From Azolla caroliniana (taxonomy: Eukaryota; Plantae; Polypodiophyta), in NCBI GenBank assembly GCA_043228905.1, contig JBHGNT010000014.1:4030001-4094000 (forward strand): a DNA stretch of 64,000 bases, in the 5' to 3' direction. Below, piece by piece: positions 1-11,179 of this stretch. A model generated the notes under the pieces. It made no database searches. It was not told the origin of the DNA and worked only from the letters and a program-made list of their open reading frames with translations. The position numbers and the translations under genes were made by a program. Every line of letters starts with the position of its first letter. Position 1 is the stretch's first letter.

Positions 1-259
1 GCCACATCTCATAGGCGTTCGTATCGTTCGCCACATGTTGCAGAACACTTACATCGACATATTGCCGGATCGTCGCTACGGCTTTCCGGTTCAGGAGCTT
101 CCACTCCGACTCTATTACCCCCTTGGGTATCTCGGCATTGTCGATCGGTTCGTACAGGTCTCGGACGATGAGAAGGTCTTCCATCTTTATCTTCCAGTCG
201 GCGTAGTTCTGTGAGTTCAACACCATCATGCCCGGAGGCCCACTACCGCCGCCTTCCAT
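1..259 (-). CDS. gag: Copia Gag N-terminus (partial)
   Basis: ATG at 259; open reading frame to the window edge; matches the element F Gag. Confidence 0.85.
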   Translation of the reverse strand, partial: MEGGGSGPPGMMVLNSQNYADWKIKMEDLLIVRDLYEPIDNAEIPKGVIESEWKLLNRKAVATIRQYVDVSVLQHVANDTNAYEMW

Positions 260-275
260 TTTCTGTGTTACCGTC

Positions 276-287
276 GCTCTGATACCA
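276..287 (-). promoter_or_regulatory. Primer-binding site, tRNA-iMet
   Basis: TGGTATCAGAGC 3 nt after the LTR end. Confidence 0.92.
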
Positions 288-290
288 CTT

Positions 291-899
291 TGTTGCAAAC
301 CCGCGCTCGGCCACAACCGAGGAATAGGATCTACTCACAGAAAACAGGAAATACAGAATGCACGAAGACAATAGAGAGAAAGGTACACTGGATGTTTTAC
401 GTGGAAAACCCTAAATGGGAAAAACCACGGGAGTCCTCAACCTCCAACTATCACTATGAACAGGGATGTACAATGGTGAAGCTACAAGGCAACAACCTTG
501 AGCTCACTGTCTTCGCCACAGGCGGCGGCAGTACATAGAGGCAACGACCTCTTCGTCTCTCTCTCTCTCTCTCTCTCTCGGCTGCTCACTTTTCTCTCTC
601 TCAGCTGAAAACATAAAAATGAGCAACAACATAAACTGTTTGCCCTAAGTCATATTTATACACATATGACTTTCGGGCTATTTACAAATATAGCCTCAAG
701 GGCTCTTGGCAAACATATTCACAAATATGTCCCTGCATCCGGATCTCTCTCCGGGTACATTCGTCATCCGGCTCCGTAACCGGGGTCTTCAGCATCCGGC
801 TCCGTAGCCGGGGTCTTCATCATCCGGCTCCGTAACCGCAACCGGGCTTGCCGTCATTTATCTCCGGACATCCCATCCGGAGGGACCGAAATCCCAACA
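291..899 (-). repeat. Copia 5' LTR (609 bp)
   Basis: TG...CA ends; homologous to 24856-25459 and 62978-63573; internal ~24-bp tandem CATCCGGCTCCGTA-CCGGGGTCTT. Confidence 0.9.
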
Positions 900-1328
900 A
901 TACACTGTTGGTGCTAATGTGTATGAATGTATTTACAATAGTATGCCATGGAATTTGTAGCTACAAGTAGCAGTTACCATGTTCTCTTGTAAACAAACAT
1001 GTATTTCGCGAAAACAGTTAAATAAATTCGTTTGGAATCAATTTCTTGTATACAGTCTGCTTTCTGTGCTTCTTTCTCAATAAAATCATGTCTTTTTTGT
1101 TAAGTTTTAAGTTATAAGTTATAGCGAAATAGTCATCAGTAGCTAATTAGTTGTACAAATGCAGCTAATTAGCTGTACAAATGCAGCTAATTAGCTGTCA
1201 ATAGCTAAATAGTCATCAATAGAATGAAATCAACAATCTGCAACATATTCCTCAAATTACACAGTAGATAAGTACAGTGGGAACAAGTAATTAAATTCTT
1301 CATTGAATAATGTCATCTCTTTACATAT

Positions 1329-2344
1329 TTATAAATTACCATTGGAAATGTCTACAAATCTCCTATAAATAGCTAAGCTCTTGCTAGTCAGTGGAACGAG
1401 TCTACATATATTATCCGCATATTGAGCTCGGTATGGAGTCCACAACCATGCACCTAGTTGGCAGCTCACTATTTGCACCAGGTACTGTTCAGGCATTTCC
1501 TCGGGTAGAATGAGACAGCATCTCCGAATATTGAAGTAGTGTCGGAAATGTTCTGTATCCAAAATCAATGTATTGTCGGCATTATATTCAGGCCAAGTAG
1601 CCCAAAAATCAGAAAGTCTCTTGAATCTTGCAGCTTCCATTTGCTCACAATTTTCTCGTGCCCATTGACCTTTAAAACGACTTCGCCATTTTGGGAAGAA
1701 TCTTGCCAAACACTTCCACACATCTGATTTTGGTTTTTCACTCCAAATAAACAAATCAAAGTATTCCACAACCCACTCTAGAAACTGATTTGCGTCCCTC
1801 CTTGGCTGCATATATCTCACACTCATCAAGACTTTATCAAGCTCCAAGATCAAGGCTCTTCTTTCGACTTCTAGTGGTTTAGGTTTCCATTCCTGAAACT
1901 GAGCCGCTGTTACACCATTTTCTGGTAGGATACGATCAATCTCAATCAGCTCAGGTTCGGCTGACACAACTGGTGTCCTTTTCCTCTTTAAACCCCTAGT
2001 CGACTGTGTTGGGCCTAACTTCACATTCTGGTGCTCTTGTTTTGTCGACTTAGTTATCAATCCTTGGATTACCTCAGTGCATGTAGCTACTGTTCTGCTC
2101 GATATCAGTCCACTGGTATCACATGCTGCATCTACCTGCAACACCAAGTCATCCGTGCTACATGCTGCATCTACCTGCAACACCAAGTCATCCGTGCTAC
2201 ATGCTTGATCAACTTGTGTGACCAGATCACTTGTGTCAGTTGCTACATCTACTTTCAAGATGGGGCCCTTTAAACATGCCGCAACATCAACAGTATCCAC
2301 ACTGCCATTGGCCTTACGAGCAATAGAATCAAACCCTTTAGACT
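1329..2344 (-). CDS. Exon encoding an FCP1/SCP (NIF, HAD-like) domain with a degenerate catalytic motif
   Basis: ALILELDKVL (cf. DLDET), RRDANQFLEWVVEYFDLFIWS, KRLSDFW...YNADNTLILD match the FCP1-homology pattern; acceptor GTTGCAG at 2345; 13-aa repeats STDDLVLQVDAAC upstream of the domain. Confidence 0.65.
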
Positions 2345-3151
2345 CTGCAACATCAGAAAACACCAACATATTCACACTCACAAAGTAACTAATAGTCTCA
2401 CAAAACAATATCCTGAACATCAAAGAGTTTCAGTCATAGAACAACACTCTTCAAATTATCTTGGAAAAACATCATAGAGTTCCATTACATAATGTGGATC
2501 AAGCAACAACCAATCTGAGGTTTTACTTGTCCAACAGGATAGTAAAACTTCATAAAACCCGAGCAAAATCCCTAAGCTAACAATCATATCCAACTAAACA
2601 GTATTTCGCTCCACTACGTCTGGGCCCCTTGACCGAGTAACTGGTCTTGTTCCCGATCGTGGCCCCTTCTTCAGCCTTTTTCTGGTTGGTTCCCCATTTA
2701 GCCTTGCTTCTAGGACCCAATGCGCAAGTGTGTCCTCCTCCGACAACCTTCCCATCGCCTCAGCAGCTAATTGCACATCAGCCGTTTCTTGAACTAGCTT
2801 TTCAAGTACAGAGGGATCTGTTTGGACATTTTCAGTAGTTGGGCTCGGTGGGGTGGAATCAAGGTCTTGAGACTCGAAGAAATGTTGCATCAAGTGTTCA
2901 TAAACACTGTTGTTGTGAACCTCAGTTTTACATGTTGTTTCCACTATTTCATGGCATTTCACATCGTTGCCTAATTCAGTACACTGTTCCAAAAGAATAG
3001 GGTGCAGCTGATCTGAAGGAGATGTGATAGCAGGACTCTTACTTTCAGCCACATTGGCAGTAGTATCCTCATCTGTTGCAGCATCATCAGCACCAGACAC
3101 ATCATGTGCCGTCCTTAATCCACAAGATTCTACAATAACATGACAGTTATT

Positions 3152-4862
3152 TAGGATAGCTAATTAGCTACTTTACTACACAATGGTAGAAGCTAGGATA
3201 GCTAATTAGCTAGTACGATAGCTAATTAGCTAGTATGATAGCTAATTAGGTACTTTACTCAACTATGGTAGTAGCTAGGATAGCTAATTAGCTACTTTAC
3301 TAACTATGGTAGTAGCTAGGATAGCTAATTAGCTACAATGAAAGCTAATTAGCTACTTTCTGAACTATGTAGTAGCTAGGATAGCTTATTAGCTACTAGG
3401 ACAGCTAATTAGCTGCCAGTAGCTAATTAGCTACTAGGATAGCTAATTAGCTGCCAGTAGCTAATTAGCTACTAGGATAGCTTATTAGCTACTTTACACA
3501 ACTATGGCAGTAGCTACTAGGATAGCTAATTCGCTAGGATAGCTAATTCGCTAGTAGGATAGCTAATTAGTTGCCAGCAGCTAATTAGCTAGTAGGATAG
3601 CTAATTAGCTACTAGGATAGCTAATTAGTTGCCAGTAGCTAATTAGCTAGTAGGATATCTAATTAGGTACTTTACTCAACTATGGTAGTAGCTAATTAGC
3701 TAGTAGGATAGCTAATTAGCTACTAGGATAGCTAATTAGCTGCTAGTAGCTAATTAGCTACTAGGATAGCTTATTAGCTACTTTACACAACTATGGCAGT
3801 AGCTAATTAGTTACTAGGATAGCTAATTAGTTGCCAGTGGCTAATTAGCTAGTAGGATACCTAATTAGCTTTTTTACACAACTATAGTACTAGCTAATTA
3901 GCTAGTACCATAGCTAATTACCTACTAGGATAGCTAATTAGCTAGTAGGATAGCTTATTAGCTACTTTACACAACTATAGTAGTAGCTAGGATAGCTAAT
4001 TAGCTACTATGGTAGCTAATTAGCTACTTTACTCAACTATGGTAGTAGCTAGGATAGCTAATTAGCTACTTTACTCAACTATGGTAGTAGCTAGGATAGC
4101 TAATTAGCTACTTTACTAACTATGGTAGTAGCTAGGATAGCTAATTAGCTACTTTACTAACTATGGTGGTAGCTAGGATAGCTAATTAGCTACAATGAAA
4201 GCTAATTAGCTACTTTCTCAACTATGTAGTAGCTAGGATAGCTTATTAGCTACTAGGACAGCTAATTAGCTGCCAGTAGCTAATTAGCTACTAGGATAGC
4301 TAATTAGCTGCCAGTAGCTAATTAGCTACTAGGATAGCTTATTAGCTACTTTACACAACTATGTCAGTAGCTAATTAGCTACTATGATAGCTAATTAGCT
4401 AGTAGGATAGCTAATTAGCTAGTAGGATAGCTAATTAGTTGCCAGTAGCTAATTAGCTACTAGGATAGCTAATTCGCTAGTAGGATAGCTAATTAGTTGC
4501 CAGTAGCTAATTAGCTAGTAGGATAGCTAATTAGTTGCCAGTAGCTAATTAGCTAGTAGGATAGCTAATTAGCTTTTTTACACAACTATGGTACTAGCTA
4601 ATTAGCTAGTACCATAGCTAACTAGCTACTAGGATAGCTTATTAGCTACTTTACACAACTATGGCAGTAGCTAATTAGTTACTAGGATAGCTAATTAGTT
4701 GCCAGTGGCTAATTAGCTAGTAGGATAGCTATTTAGCTTTTTTACACAACTATAGTACTAGCTAATTAGCTAGTACCATAGCTAATTAGCTACTAGGATA
4801 GCTAATTAGCTAGTAGCTCATTAGCTGCCAGTAGCTAATTAGCTAGTAGGATAGCTAATTAG
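3152..4862. repeat. Palindromic satellite built on TAGCTAATTAGCTA
   Basis: Dozens of copies of the 14-bp palindrome joined by CTAGGA, CCAG or CTTTACACAACTATGG linkers; lies in an intron. Confidence 0.95.
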
Positions 4863-4897
4863 AAAAGACTAAGCTTATTAGCTACAGTATGGTATAC

Positions 4898-5231
4898 CTG
4901 TTAGTTTTCTCCACTCATTTGGTAGAGTTGTACTACAATCTCCCAAACAGAATGCAGCAATTCGACAGGCATGTTGAAAACAAAGCAGATGGTATGTGTG
5001 GTTGCATGGTTGTAGGTGAACCAACAAAGACGCAGTTTTGTCCTCCACACCTAACCCGCAAGCGATGCAACGTGCTTGAACTGTCAATAAATCATTTTCT
5101 GGTTCTACTTCATTTGGTAAGGGAGCAAGAATGTTCAGGTCCAAATCCTGTCTGGTCCTTACCATTCCCTCCACAAAATGTAGCTTCTTCTTAAGGCAAC
5201 TAACTACCTGTTCTTGATGAATGTATTGTTC
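4898..5231 (-). CDS. Exon with a RING-type zinc finger
   Basis: CIAC...PCNHTYHLLC...CLGDC, a RING-H2-like C/H spacing. Confidence 0.65.
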
Positions 5232-6319
5232 CTTCAACGCAACAGAGAAATTTACCGATTAATTATTCTTGTTGTTGAAAGATACACCAACTTTGCTCAG
5301 GAATCGTTAACTTACTTGAAGCTTATCCAAATTGTAATCTGCAACAGTATTTACACCTAGAAGGTCCAGGTTCATTGAAAGAACCTGGATCTCTATTTGC
5401 AGTTCTATTTTACGCTGGGAATCCAGTGGCCCCTCTAATTCAAGCTCCTATTGCGCAACCTATTCCAGATAATGCTTGATTAGCACATTTTACCCGTTAT
5501 TTATAACACAATCACATACCAGCAAAACAATAGTTACCTGAATCTTATTTCTAATTGTTGTAACAACAGAAGTAACTTTGCTCTCCATTGCAGAAGCCAT
5601 TGTGGCTTTCTCTAAATCAGTCTTAAAAAATGCCAATGTCTCACAGGCTTCATGGACATTTTTTAGCATATAGCTAACCAATGTCTCACCTGTATCATCG
5701 ACATTGGCTTTCCTTGGGTGTCGGTGTGGTGTATGCCCCCGGTCTTGCTGGGAGTCGGCAGTTGCATCAACAGCTGCCATGCTCCAAAATCTGTCTATTT
5801 TTTGTGCCAAGGTCCCCATCTTTCGGCATCTTTTTACCGATCCTCACCATAGACTGCCCAAGCTACCCTATACATTTCAGGGTCTCTAGATTCCTTCGCT
5901 GTTTTGCAGTACTCATATGCAAATGCTCTAGCAAATGAAACTGACAACTCATTGTTGACTGGGATCTCCTGATGAACTTTCTGGTGCAGTCTCATGCAGT
6001 CATCGTACAAGTCGGCTCGTACATGCTTCAGCTTGACCTTGCCTTTGACTCTAGGCACTGTATATACTGTCATCCAGTCTATATCACTGATCAATTTATC
6101 ACTTAGGACAGCAGGGTCAACACCCTCGAGTGACAGACCATAGGTGTTGTGGAAGTCCTCCTTTGTCTCGCAAAATTTTGCGAAGTTTAGCACTCTCGTA
6201 TACGGAGGAACGAGCCATCTGAAATATCATTTCCGAAATCAGAAATAGTGCAAAATCAGAATATGTGAGAATCAAAAACCCCAATCAACAACAACAAAAA
6301 TGGTGCAAAATCTTTAACT

Positions 6320-6812
6320 TAGCAAATCAGAAACCCTAATCATAATTTGTATTCAGAAATTTGAAATCAGAAACCCTAATCAAAATCTGTAATCAGAAGT
6401 TTGAAATTAGAAACCCTAATCAAAATCTGTAATCAGAAGTTTGTAACCAGAAACCTTATTCAGAAATTCTAATCAGAAATTTATAATAAAAAACCCTAAT
6501 CAGAAATTTCAATCAGAAACCCTAATAAAAAATTTCAATCACAAACCCTAATCAGAAATCCTAAGCAGAAATTTATAAACAAAAACCCTATTCAGAAATT
6601 CTAATTTGTAATCAAAATTTGTAACCAGAAACCCTATTCAGAAATTTATAATCAAAAACCCTAATCAGAAATTTCAATCACAAACCCTAATCAGAAATTT
6701 CAATCACAAACCCTAATCAGAAATTTCAATCACAAACCCTAATCAGAAATTCTAATAAGAAATTTATAAACAAAAACCCTAATCAGAAATTTCAATCAGA
6801 AACCCCAATCAT
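6320..6812 (+). repeat. Telo-box-containing minisatellite (AAACCCTAATCAGAAATTTCAATCA-like)
   Basis: Repeated AAACCCTAA within ~26-40 bp units, inside intron 2 of the minus-strand gene. Confidence 0.85.
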
Positions 6813-7028
6813 CACTAAAGACAGGATTAAACACAAAAAAAGTAATATAAACACACCTGTTGCTACTCCCCGATTTGCGAGACATCCTTGTATGGGACTC
6901 CAAGGACTTCGCCCTATTCGATTTTGGGGAAATATGAATCGGCACCAAAGTTCAGACAGTAGTCAAAAAGAAAAAACAAATGTTTGGGGTTTCTTTAACT
7001 AAAACATACCTGGACGATGATCGAGCGG

Positions 7029-7756
7029 TGTCGTAGTGTATTTTGTACACTACGTGAAAAACGTATATAGTATTAGATTCAATAAAAAATGAAGAAATAG
7101 AAGAAAATAGCAAAATAAATGGAACATGCATAGGGCAAGATTCGAACCTTGCACCTCCATGTTAATAATGTAATGTCTTACCATTACACTAGCATTTCAT
7201 TACTATTAAAGCATAGATGTCCCACATAGAAAGGTAAATTCACGCTAGGATAAACATTAGAAAAACGCATAACAAAAGAAAAAGCTACACATACACATCT
7301 AGCGTGCATGATAAAAAACGCACAAGTTAGAAAAAAGCATGATCACTTTAGATAAAGCATATAGTCTATCTATAGGAAAAGCATGGGGTCTATAGTTAGA
7401 GAAAAAGCATGGATTACTAAGACTTCCTCATCACTACATAAGGATGGGGAGCACAATGTAATTGTGTGTGAAAAATATTTGGAAACTGGATATGTTTCTA
7501 AAAAACACCAATTAATAAACTATACTCGTGGGATTCACGAGAATTCTATATCATTCTCTTTCAACCGAAGTTTATATTCTTATATTCATATTGATTAATC
7601 TAATACAATACACTCGTGGGATTCACGAGTTTGCTATAACTCTTTCTTACAACATATTTATATTCTTATTAGCCTTAAAACTCTCCTCTTCCTAGTCCAA
7701 AACCCCGGTGGTTCCCACCCGACTCACGCAACGATCCGGAGCCGAAAGGCACGACA
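7029..7756 (+). repeat. 5' LTR (728 bp)
   Basis: Direct repeat of 9821-10547 with 6-bp inverted termini. Confidence 0.95.
7123..7200 (-). promoter_or_regulatory. tRNA-like A-box/B-box module in the LTR (copy at ~9914-9991)
   Basis: Minus strand TAGTGTAATGGTA ... GCAAGGTTCGAATCTTGC; the boxes start 43 nt apart, as in tRNA genes. Confidence 0.55.
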
Positions 7757-7760
7757 CAGT

Positions 7761-7778
7761 TGGTGAACCCGACGTGAA
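7761..7778 (+). promoter_or_regulatory. PBS complementary to tRNA-Trp
   Basis: TGGTGAACCCGACGTGAA is the reverse complement of the plant tRNA-Trp 3' end TTCACGTCGGGTTCACCA (recalled). Confidence 0.85.
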
Positions 7779-7794
7779 GACGGGTGGCAAGGAG

Positions 7795-9819
7795 ATGGAG
7801 AATCAACAAGAGGCGATGAGCATAACGATGATGATGATGTTCGAGCGGATGCTACAAGAACAACGAGTGATGTCGGAGATCACGGGGGCAGTAAAGCGGC
7901 TCGTACAACGAAACGGACAATTCAACGGAAACGATGTGTCACGCTATCTACGTGACTACAAGGCGGAGATGATACGATGTGGGATACCGGAAGGATTGCA
8001 AGTGACATCCTTCAGTCGGGTAGCCACGGATGAGTTACAAGAGAGAATCCACAAGATACGGCAACAAAACTCGACATGGGGGTCATTCGAAGAAGCTTTA
8101 CGAGAGGCATATGATTACAAGAGATCGAAGGGAAAAGATCGGCGAGAATTCGACGAATGGGTGGCATCGGAGAAGACCCACCGAAGTGCAACACAAGCAT
8201 TCCTAGAGTTCGAGCATCGTCTTGCTCAACTCTCGGAGCGGGAACGAAGATTGGTGGGAGAAGATAAAGTCTTAATGTTCGTAAGATCGATCGATCGGAA
8301 AGAAAGGATGGACATTGGGATCGAACTCGAAGATGATGACGATGCGAACGGCCTTACCGAGGATTGGGCCAAAGTCGAAAGGGTATGCCGAAGACATGAT
8401 GAAAGGAAGCTGAGAATCTCGTCAACAACGACATGGCCCATGAAGGATGGTCGATTGAGGAAAAACGATGAAGCCAATATGAAGGCCGAAATACAACATG
8501 ATGGTACCACGGGAGAAAGAGTGGAACAAGACACCCACTCGTCTTGTGAAAGAACGATGGCGAAGGATAAGGCCGATAATTCAAGTGTAGAAGGAAATTT
8601 CGGGATACAAGTGCCCGAGACATCGGGTCAAAAAGGGGTAAGCATAATAGATGTTTGCATAATTGATGCAGATAAAGAGTGTGAAGCGGATGTGATTAAG
8701 GAGGTAGCCACAAAAGACGAAATCGAATCGGAGGTGGCTATGGACGAATCAATGGCGGATTGCCATATCGAGACTTCCCCACCACTGATTCCAGAGACTC
8801 CGGCGGTTGCGATCGAAAGGCAACGTGAGACCGAAGAGACGGAAGGTGGCGGAGAGAAAACGAATGTCGAAGCCGACGAATACGATGAAGAGATAGCCGA
8901 GAAGAATGCTAAGGGTGAAACTACGAAAGAAGGTAATACCGAGGATTCATGCCAACAATATCTAGAGACTTCGGCGGTTGTGTCCGAGAACCAACGTGAG
9001 ACCGGAGAGACGGGAGATGGCGGCGAGGAAGGTAAAGTCGGAAGTCGGTTCGGATGGAAAATGATCCATCCGAAATTCCAATCTAAAAGAAAGTGCGACA
9101 ATGCGGAGGTCGGGTCTACGACGGGAGAAGCGCGTAATACAGAGCACGCTCTACGGCGAATAAAGAAACGCGTGTTATGGCGAATAAAGAAGCACGCGCT
9201 ACGGCGAGAAAAGAAGCATGCATTACAACCACACGAGGACCGAACAACGAGCACATATCGGAGGACCTACGTAGCGAACAACGGAAAGAAGTGCCGAAAG
9301 TCGAACCGGACAAGGCAGGTGAAAACGAAGAAAAGAAAGCAAATCCGGACGAAAAGAAAAGAAAAGAAACCGACCCGAAAGAGCACTGAATCGGTAAAAA
9401 CCGATCAACCGAGTCCGGATCGACCGAATACAAATCGGAAAGGAAGCCGAACTAAACGAAAGACGATCCGACGAGACCGAATCGGAAGTAAGCTAATCCG
9501 ACTAAACCGAAAATCCGAAAAGAAGTCGAGATTGATGAAGAAAAGAAAGAGGGCAAGAAAAGATACTACCGCGGATGACAAGGATCAAGCGGACCATGCA
9601 AAAAGCGAACGAAGACTATGGTGGATCGGATGTCGACAATGGTTCGGGTGGAAAGAATGGATGTGCTCCAAATGGAGAGACAAAGTCAACATAACAAGAG
9701 AAGTCGAGGGTACTACGAGCCGGCAACGAAACCAATCGGGTAGAGACCGGACGGAGGAGACTAACAAACACCAACAACTTCGGCACATACCGGAGGATGT
9801 GCGGGTTTGGAGGGGGTGA
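7795..9819 (+). CDS. Gag-like protein with acidic middle and Lys/Arg-rich C-terminus (~674 aa)
   Basis: N-terminal GQFNGNDVSRYLRDY...WGSFEEAL capsid-like motifs; stop codon overlaps the PPT. Confidence 0.7.
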   Translation: MENQQEAMSITMMMMFERMLQEQRVMSEITGAVKRLVQRNGQFNGNDVSRYLRDYKAEMIRCGIPEGLQVTSFSRVATDELQERIHKIRQQNSTWGSFEEALREAYDYKRSKGKDRREFDEWVASEKTHRSATQAFLEFEHRLAQLSERERRLVGEDKVLMFVRSIDRKERMDIGIELEDDDDANGLTEDWAKVERVCRRHDERKLRISSTTTWPMKDGRLRKNDEANMKAEIQHDGTTGERVEQDTHSSCERTMAKDKADNSSVEGNFGIQVPETSGQKGVSIIDVCIIDADKECEADVIKEVATKDEIESEVAMDESMADCHIETSPPLIPETPAVAIERQRETEETEGGGEKTNVEADEYDEEIAEKNAKGETTKEGNTEDSCQQYLETSAVVSENQRETGETGDGGEEGKVGSRFGWKMIHPKFQSKRKCDNAEVGSTTGEARNTEHALRRIKKRVLWRIKKHALRREKKHALQPHEDRTTSTYRRTYVANNGKKCRKSNRTRQVKTKKRKQIRTKRKEKKPTRKSTESVKTDQPSPDRPNTNRKGSRTKRKTIRRDRIGSKLIRLNRKSEKKSRLMKKRKRARKDTTADDKDQADHAKSERRLWWIGCRQWFGWKEWMCSKWRDKVNITREVEGTTSRQRNQSGRDRTEETNKHQQLRHIPEDVRVWRG

Positions 9820-9820
9820 G

Positions 9821-10547
9821 TGTCGTAGTGTATTTTGTACACTACGTGAAAAACGTATATAGTATTAGATTCAATAAAAAATGAGAAATAGAAGAAAATA
9901 GCAAAATAAATGGAACATGCATAGGGCAAGATTCGAACCTTGCACCTCCATGTTAATAATGTAATGTCTTACCATTACACTAGCATTTCATTACTGTTAA
10001 AGCATAGATGTCCCACATAGAAAGGTAAATTCACGCTAGGATAAACATTAGAAAAACGCATAACAAAAGAAAAAGCTACACATACACATCTAGCGTGCAT
10101 GATAAAAAACGCACAAGTTAGAAAAAAGCATGATCACTTTAGATAAAGCATATAGTCTATCTATAGGAAAAGCATGGGGTCTATAGTTAGAGAAAAAGCA
10201 TGGATTACTAAGACTTCCTCATCACTACATAAGGATGGGGAGCACAATGTAATTGTGTGTGAAAAATATTTGGAAACTGGATATGTTTCTAAAAAACACC
10301 AATTAATAAACTATACTCGTGGGATTCACGAGAATTCTATATCATTCTCTTTCAACCGAAGTTTATATTCTTATATTCATATTGATTAATCTAATACAAT
10401 ACACTCGTGGGATTCACGAGTTTGCTATAACTCTTTCTTACAACATATTTATATTCTTATTAGCCTTAAAACTCTCCTCTTCCTAGTCCAAAACCCCGGT
10501 GGTTCCCACCCGACTCACGCAACGATCCGGAGCCGAAAGGCACGACA
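9821..10547 (+). repeat. 3' LTR (727 bp)
   Basis: Direct repeat of 7029-7756. Confidence 0.95.
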
Positions 10548-11179
10548 GCGGGTTCTGTGTTGTAGCTCTCAATCTGCAATGTCGATTTTTTGCTGTTGCG
10601 GGAGCTACGTCTGCGTTCGTGCTCTGAGTACTCCATCTACGTTCAAAATCAGACTTAGGCTAAACAGGAAATTGATGACATTGAAGTCGACCTTAGATGA
10701 TGGTGATATTCCCCAAGTTCCACTACGTCTGAAACAGAAGTTCAAATATTTGAGTTTTTTCATAAATTAGTTTTTCAAATATTTGATTTTCCCACAAAAA
10801 AGACTAGCTAAACAAATAGCTAATTAGCTATGGCCATTTTAGTAGCTAATTAGCTATAATAGTGTTTCCACTCGCATGCTTTTACCCATAAAATAGTATC
10901 TTAACTATTATTGTTTTATGTTGTGTGTGAAGAACCACACTCAATTTTGTACATTCCTCGACAACGTGTAAGCCCTATTTCCTTCCCGTCCATAACCCCC
11001 GCGGTTCCACCTCACGATTCGCACATAGTGACAGATTTTCACAACAACGTTGCACTATGTTGAGATTGATTCTGAACATTTTTCACTCATGGTGCAAAAA
11101 TGACTATTTATCACTAGTAGCTTTCTGCATAGCTAATTAGGTATGTCAAGGACATAGCTAATTGTTTCCACTGGCATGC

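Larger units (their letters stand above)
1..899 (-). mobile_element. 5' end of Ty1/Copia element (Tork/Tnt1-Tto1-like, related to element F), running off the window
   Basis: LTR 899..291 (TGTTGGGAT...CA), PBS TGGTATCAGAGC, then gag MEGGGSGPPGMMVLNSQNYADWKIKMEDLL, nearly the same as the gag at 25490. Confidence 0.93.
7029..10547 (+). mobile_element. Young non-autonomous (gag-only) LTR retrotransposon, 3.5 kb
   Basis: LTRs TGTCGT...ACGACA differ by about 1 substitution and 1 indel; 4-bp TSD GCGG (7025-7028, 10548-10551); PBS; PPT GGAGGGGGTGAG; single ORF; no pol. Confidence 0.93.
2594..10636 (-). pseudogene. Multi-exon gene (unknown N-terminal domain, coiled coil, RING finger, acidic region), disrupted
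   Basis: Phase-compatible GT-AG exons: 10636-10552 joined to 7028-7010 across the LTR insertion, 6913-6857, 6218-5538, 5459-5316, 5231-4898, 3129-2594; one frameshift near 5835 and a TAG at 5450-5448. Confidence 0.7.

Noticed and set aside
3152-4862. CRISPR-like array
   Set aside because: Linkers are short and recurrent, not unique spacers; eukaryotic context with no cas genes.
6320-6812. Interstitial telomere
   Set aside because: No tandem (CCCTAAA)n; single telo-boxes inside longer units.
7123-7200. Functional tRNA gene
   Set aside because: A and B boxes are present, but the anticodon and acceptor stems do not pair, and it is part of an LTR.
7383-7598. Duplicated 71-aa ORF (also 10174-10389)
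   Set aside because: Identical only because it lies in the two LTRs; no coding evidence. The same applies to the ORF pairs at 14725/48400 and 25115/29832.
11112-11120. CACTA terminus (CACTAGTAG)
   Set aside because: It faces the wrong way for a right end, and no matching TIR or 3-bp TSD is visible.
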